A DNA stretch of 64,000 bases from positions 48,345-112,344 of IMG/VR virus record IMGVR_UViG_3300013121_000037, one strand, 5' to 3'. The translations under genes and the position numbers were made by a program. The stretch's first letter is position 1. Each line of letters begins with the position of its first letter. The notes beneath the pieces were generated by a model. That model was not told where the DNA came from and did no database searches. It was given only the letters and a program-made list of their open reading frames with translations. Of the stretch, positions 59,824 to 64,000 are shown piece by piece. The DNA comes from a virus (lineage: Duplodnaviria; Caudoviricetes).

Positions 59824-60103
59824 GGGACACGTCCCTCCCAGAGCACCTTGCCATCACGATAACGCACCACCTGCCGGTGCCAGTCCGGCAGGTAGTAAAT
59901 AACCACCGGGTAATCCTCCAGTGCCACACCAGTCGGTAGCCAACTGCTGTTCTTCCAGACCTGGGGAGAATCGCAGTACATGGCGTTACGAGTGCCAAAC
60001 CAGACCAGTGGCGGGCGTGCCGGTTCACGCTGTTGCCCCAGCAAGCAGCAAAACAAACCCAGTACCAGCAACAGTATTACCAGCAACAAACGGTGCCAGA
60101 AAA

Positions 60104-62314
60104 TCAAGGTGGTGTCTCCGTGATGACCAAACTGAACGCGCCAGGGCAATTGTTGGTGCTGGTCAAACTTTGGCTCAACTGGAACGGGTCGCAACTGTCA
60201 GCCGTCAAGCCAGCAGGCGAGCCATAGATTACCGCTGGACCAGCCGCTGAGACTTGCCAGCCAGGACTTGGCCTGGTGTGGTCGCTGCATTCCAGCAGTG
60301 CATATTGCGTGCCTACAGTGCTACATACCCCCTCTGGATGTACTGCTCGCCAACCGTGAACTCCCGGTGACGTTTCCCCCTGATACTCAAATACCAGCGT
60401 CCCAAACGACGCCAGGGCACCGTCGTAAGTGCCGTACAGCGTGACAGGAACTGTCACACCCGGACAGCATTCAGTTTCTACACCACCACCGCCACTGCCA
60501 CTGCCACTGCCAGCACCTTCATCGCTACCGCTATCGCCACCGCTGCCACTTCCCTCCCCACTACCACTTTCGCTGCCGCTACCACTGCCCGAACACGCCC
60601 CCGTATCCTCCACGCAACTGCCGCATGCCGTTGTACCCTTCACCACCCACTTGCCCAATGTGGGCGAGTACACCAGCGTGATGGAACCGCCCGGACAGAC
60701 AGTGATGTCCCCACCGGGAAAACTGATCTGGTTCGCGCTGGCGGCACTGCCACACTCCGGTGAAATCACCAGGCAGTAATCCCCGGTGACAATGATGGTC
60801 ACTTCCTGTGCGTAACCCCCACCTGGAGCAGCCAGTCCGCATAGAGTCTGGCAGCCACCCGTCACGTTGATGGTCAGCACATTGGTGGTGACCGTATAAT
60901 TGTTGATGGTGTAATTGACGGTGATGTATGTTTCGGAGATGTACTGATTGGTGACGTAATTGTTCGTGACGTAGTTGTTTTCGACCGTCAGATTGTTGGT
61001 CACCTCGATGTTGGTGACAATGATCTGCGTCACGTCCAGATTGGTAATCCAGACCGTGGTACCATCGGTCAGGATGCCCGCACAGCATTCCTCCGGACCC
61101 GGCGAACCGGAGGCCACACCCTCCTCCACAGGCGGGAATTCCAGCCTGCAACAATCGTTCCAGGGTGGCCGTTGGACCCGGGTCCAGCACTCGGTATCGG
61201 TGTGACACCACAGGATATGGTCCGACAGTCCCTCCGGAGTGTAGTTGCGCAGACCAGCATACTCCTGATCCTGCCGCCCCAGTTGCCAGAGATACCAGTC
61301 GCTGGCCAGCTGTGCGGCCAGTGTCTGCAATTCGTCCTGATTGGTCGGTCCGGCACCAGCCACAAATGCTGCTGGAGTCAGACAGTACAGCAGTTGCACA
61401 TTGCCATTACCAGTGACCCCCTGATACTGCGGCAAGGCCAGTGACTGCAAGGACACTGCCACCGGATAGCGCTGCTCGGAATTGAACCCGTCATCTTCCC
61501 GGGCAAACACCACCTTCACCGTACCCGGCGCCACCCCCAGCAAATCATGCCGCGCCGACCCCAGAGTCCGGTCCAGCGCGAACAACCCGCCCGCATGCCG
61601 GGCAAACGCTGCCAGTTGCTGATTGTGCAGCACCAGCGCACTGGCCGGTGCCTGCGCCGTCACCACCCCCGCCAGCGAACGCACAATCCTGCGACCCGTA
61701 GCATACGCCACCGCATCCAGCAGCGGTGGCAAATACTCGTACTGCGCCGCAAAATCCGCCGTGGGTTTTAGATAGGCACTCTCCACCGCGTCCACACTGA
61801 GGGAGATTCCCAACCCGCTGGCAATGCTGGCATACAGTTGCGCCCAGGTCGTGCTGCCCTCCGTCACACTGATGGCCGCCGCCCGCTGCCACCAGAAATA
61901 TCTCTCATCCACCAACGTCAGTAGATGAAGTTGTTCCTGTCCAGCAATCTGGGCCAGAGGCCGTGGGGGCAGCATGAAGAGACTGGTTTGCACCACCCCG
62001 CCCGCGCCGTCATCCATCTTCAGCGTCAGCGCGTTGTAGGTGCCACCCAGATAAGCCAGCGCACGAATGCTGGTCAGTTCAGTCGAAGTGCAGAGGAAAT
62101 GCCCAACGGCCCAGCGCGAGGCCCCCGTGGGCCAGTAGAGATGACCAATCTGAATGGGACGGGTGGGAATGCGCTGGTGCTGCTGCCCCGTGCGTGAGGA
62201 TGGCCAGAAGGGTTGCGCCATCTCCACCACATCACTGGTGCTAATGGTGCTCTCTATCCAGTGAACCACCTCGGGATTCACCGCCGCCAGGGCAATACCG
62301 CCATAGGTCAGCAT
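60104..62314 (-). CDS. putative virion/tail structural protein
   Basis: 736 aa; T/N/V-rich beta-repeat stretch, GS linker and Cys-rich tail. Confidence 0.5.
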   Translation of the reverse strand: MLTYGGIALAAVNPEVVHWIESTISTSDVVEMAQPFWPSSRTGQQHQRIPTRPIQIGHLYWPTGASRWAVGHFLCTSTELTSIRALAYLGGTYNALTLKMDDGAGGVVQTSLFMLPPRPLAQIAGQEQLHLLTLVDERYFWWQRAAAISVTEGSTTWAQLYASIASGLGISLSVDAVESAYLKPTADFAAQYEYLPPLLDAVAYATGRRIVRSLAGVVTAQAPASALVLHNQQLAAFARHAGGLFALDRTLGSARHDLLGVAPGTVKVVFAREDDGFNSEQRYPVAVSLQSLALPQYQGVTGNGNVQLLYCLTPAAFVAGAGPTNQDELQTLAAQLASDWYLWQLGRQDQEYAGLRNYTPEGLSDHILWCHTDTECWTRVQRPPWNDCCRLEFPPVEEGVASGSPGPEECCAGILTDGTTVWITNLDVTQIIVTNIEVTNNLTVENNYVTNNYVTNQYISETYITVNYTINNYTVTTNVLTINVTGGCQTLCGLAAPGGGYAQEVTIIVTGDYCLVISPECGSAASANQISFPGGDITVCPGGSITLVYSPTLGKWVVKGTTACGSCVEDTGACSGSGSGSESGSGEGSGSGGDSGSDEGAGSGSGSGGGGVETECCPGVTVPVTLYGTYDGALASFGTLVFEYQGETSPGVHGWRAVHPEGVCSTVGTQYALLECSDHTRPSPGWQVSAAGPAVIYGSPAGLTADSCDPFQLSQSLTSTNNCPGAFSLVITETPP

Positions 62315-62413
62315 GCCCCGACAGTAAAAGAAACCGCCATCTCAGAACAACTGCGCAAAAGTAGACAGTCGCATTTTGCGCAGTTGTCCTGAGATAAACA
62401 GTATCCCCTCACC

Positions 62414-62824
62414 TCACACCACCGGCGTGCCGCTCGCCCCCAGCAGGGCGTTGCCGACCAGGTCTGTCACGGTGCCCGGCGTGTAATCCAGGGTCACCGT
62501 CTCGTTGCTGGTCACCGTGCGACTGAGCAGGTAGGTCAGGCGACTGCTCCCCTCACCGCTGTCGTAGGTCAGGGAGACGACACCACCCGAAGCGTTCAGG
62601 GTAAAGCCGTCGTGGCCGTTGACGGGCTCCGACAGGGTGACCGCTAGGATATTGCCCGTGACACCGATGCTGGCCCCCGTCACCGACGGCGGCACTGCCT
62701 CAGGAGAGAGGACCGCGGTCAGGACAGTTTTGTTGCCCACCGTCATTTCGGTGTGCTGCTCGTGGACTAACTGACCGTTGTTGAGGGCGGCGAGAATTTC
62801 AGAGAAGGTCATTGGATACTCCAC
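62414..62824 (-). CDS. Ig-like/SwmB-like repeat protein, putative virion component
   Basis: Shares the LSEPVNGH.GFTL..SGG...LTY..G.G repeat with 62832..63671. Confidence 0.5.
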   Translation of the reverse strand: MEYPMTFSEILAALNNGQLVHEQHTEMTVGNKTVLTAVLSPEAVPPSVTGASIGVTGNILAVTLSEPVNGHDGFTLNASGGVVSLTYDSGEGSSRLTYLLSRTVTSNETVTLDYTPGTVTDLVGNALLGASGTPVV

Positions 62825-62831
62825 AGATTAA

Positions 62832-63671
62832 CTACATGGTGTAGTAGACAGTTATGCGAACATGCTGGACTCTGGCTATTCCTGAGGTGGTTGGGCACTG
62901 GGCGGCAATCGCTACCCCGAAGTTGGGGTCATTGATGTCGTCTCGCGTCCAGGTTTCCCCCCACAGATCCGTGGCACCGCCGTATTGGCTGTAACTGTCG
63001 CTGGTCGGCCAGAAAGCACCACTGGCCTTGTTGACGGCACCGATTACCCCGCCCTTGACAATTCTGATGTCTCTATCAACTATCCTGTTGGCCCCACTCC
63101 ATTTCGATACCTCAACCTTGATTCCGACGATGGTAGTACCGGACAAAAAAGAGAAGAAGAAATTGGATGCAATGATGTAAGGTGTGTAGTTACCAGCAGT
63201 TACGCTCACCGTAGCCGCGTTACTGTCCGCGACTCTGATGTTGTCCAGGGTGGCCCAACTCAAGGCGCTGCCGTTGGAACTGTCCTGCGCAGCAGTGCCT
63301 GGATTATTTGGCCCTTCGCTGGCGGGCACCTGCTCCGAGTTGTTCGTCACCGCGAAGTCAGTGACCGCTTCCAGCGCGTTCCCCGACAGATCTTCCACGT
63401 CGCCCATCGCGTAATCCCCCGTTGCTGTCTCCGTGTCGTAGATCACCCGGTCAATGGCGAACACCAGGGTGTCGGTGCCGTCGCCATTGCTGTAGGTGAG
63501 TCCCGCTGCACCGCCACTCGGATCCAGCGTAAAGCCAGCGTGCCCATTGACCGCCTCCGACAGGACGATGGTCAGCGTCTCGCCGTCGCTGCCGATGGTC
63601 GCAGACTGAATCGTCGGCGCGGTGCTATCTCCCGCTCCAGAAGAACCAGCACCTAGTAGAAGTAAACTCAT
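62832..63671 (-). CDS. putative tail fibre or adhesin
   Basis: DSTAPTIQSAT Ig-like repeat; C-terminal TIVGIKVEV...YGGATDLWG...NFGV domain. Confidence 0.55.
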   Translation of the reverse strand: MSLLLLGAGSSGAGDSTAPTIQSATIGSDGETLTIVLSEAVNGHAGFTLDPSGGAAGLTYSNGDGTDTLVFAIDRVIYDTETATGDYAMGDVEDLSGNALEAVTDFAVTNNSEQVPASEGPNNPGTAAQDSSNGSALSWATLDNIRVADSNAATVSVTAGNYTPYIIASNFFFSFLSGTTIVGIKVEVSKWSGANRIVDRDIRIVKGGVIGAVNKASGAFWPTSDSYSQYGGATDLWGETWTRDDINDPNFGVAIAAQCPTTSGIARVQHVRITVYYTM

Positions 63672-63681
63672 GAGGATGAGC

Positions 63682-64000
63682 TTAGACCAGAGTATAGTTG
63701 ATGACCCCCGCCACAGTTACCGCGGCGGAGAGAGTTAGGTCCAGGGCTTCCCCTACGTCTGTCTCAAACCAACCTAGAGGATTGTAGGGCATACAGAATC
63801 CGCCGTTAGCTGAGATCGCCATAGCGCCAGTCAGAGCATCCCCGCTGCCAGTACCAGCCCCAGAAGTCTTGAAGGTGATAGTCGTAGCCCCAGAGGCGAG
63901 TAGAAGGGCTGACAGCACCCGAATAGCTTTACCAGAGGTGGCAGCAATTACCTGATTACCCCCATTAGTACTGGCAGAAACTACTGCGTCCTGTACTCCC
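63682..64000 (-). CDS. putative structural protein (5' end outside the window)
   Basis: Reading frame appears to run to the window edge. Confidence 0.45.
   Translation of the reverse strand, partial: GVQDAVVSASTNGGNQVIAATSGKAIRVLSALLLASGATTITFKTSGAGTGSGDALTGAMAISANGGFCMPYNPLGWFETDVGEALDLTLSAAVTVAGVINYTLV

Larger units (their letters stand above)
1762..62384. repeat. dispersed 35-bp palindrome family (about 36 copies), consensus ACTGCGCAAAA-N4-AC-W-GT-N4-TTTTGCGCAGT
   Basis: Copies read by eye start at 1762, 1850, 2776, 5018, 5797, 7540, 9545, 9992, 10568, 11529, 11586, 17018, 18442, 19419, 21377, 22744, 26645, 29062, 32172, 34037, 35834, 37101, 38823, 42629, 44273, 44970, 46785, ~47102 (partial), 47803, 49711, 51470, 52692, 54423, 56447 (disrupted), 57441, 62350. 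Confidence 0.95.

Noticed and set aside
60470-60590. CCACTG/CCGCTA-type hexamer repeats
   Set aside because: They are in frame and encode a Gly-Ser linker of the structural protein; ordinary coding low complexity.
1762-62384. The 35-bp palindromes as a CRISPR array
   Set aside because: They are CRISPR-repeat sized but dispersed, with irregular gaps from about 20 bp to several kb that contain genes; no uniform spacers and no cas1/cas2.

Overview
This window is part of a large temperate tailed-phage genome. The host is most likely a Planctomycete (Gemmatales-like), judged from three paralogues of the Planctomycete-expanded 'MTETEWL...ADALEEAGC...GPHVRGCW' family, a Planctomycete-style tyrosine integrase and Planctomycete-type CxxCH proteins. 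Nearly all genes are on the minus strand: terminase; replication, recombination and nucleotide genes (DnaN, primase, two SF2 helicases, Rad52-like, RusA-like, ThyX, dCTP deaminase, three DNA methyltransferases); an early region; integrase/excisionase beside an attP-like site (3' half of tRNA-Arg CCG); and lysis, accessory and tail genes. No portal or capsid gene was recognised. Main highlights: (1) a stand-alone RAMP/Cas7-like gene followed by non-coding arrays of GGY-NN pentamers split into guide-sized segments, a candidate non-CRISPR RNA-guided system; (2) about 36 dispersed 35-bp palindromes at gene boundaries, built from interchangeable half-sites, with a probably nuclease-dead LAGLIDADG protein as candidate binder; (3) a TnpB-only IS200/IS605 element with IS608-type ends that splits a DUF3310 gene in frame; (4) a Csx20-like candidate ring nuclease and a short CsrA gene missed by the ORF track. 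All calls come from reading motifs by eye; no searches were run.
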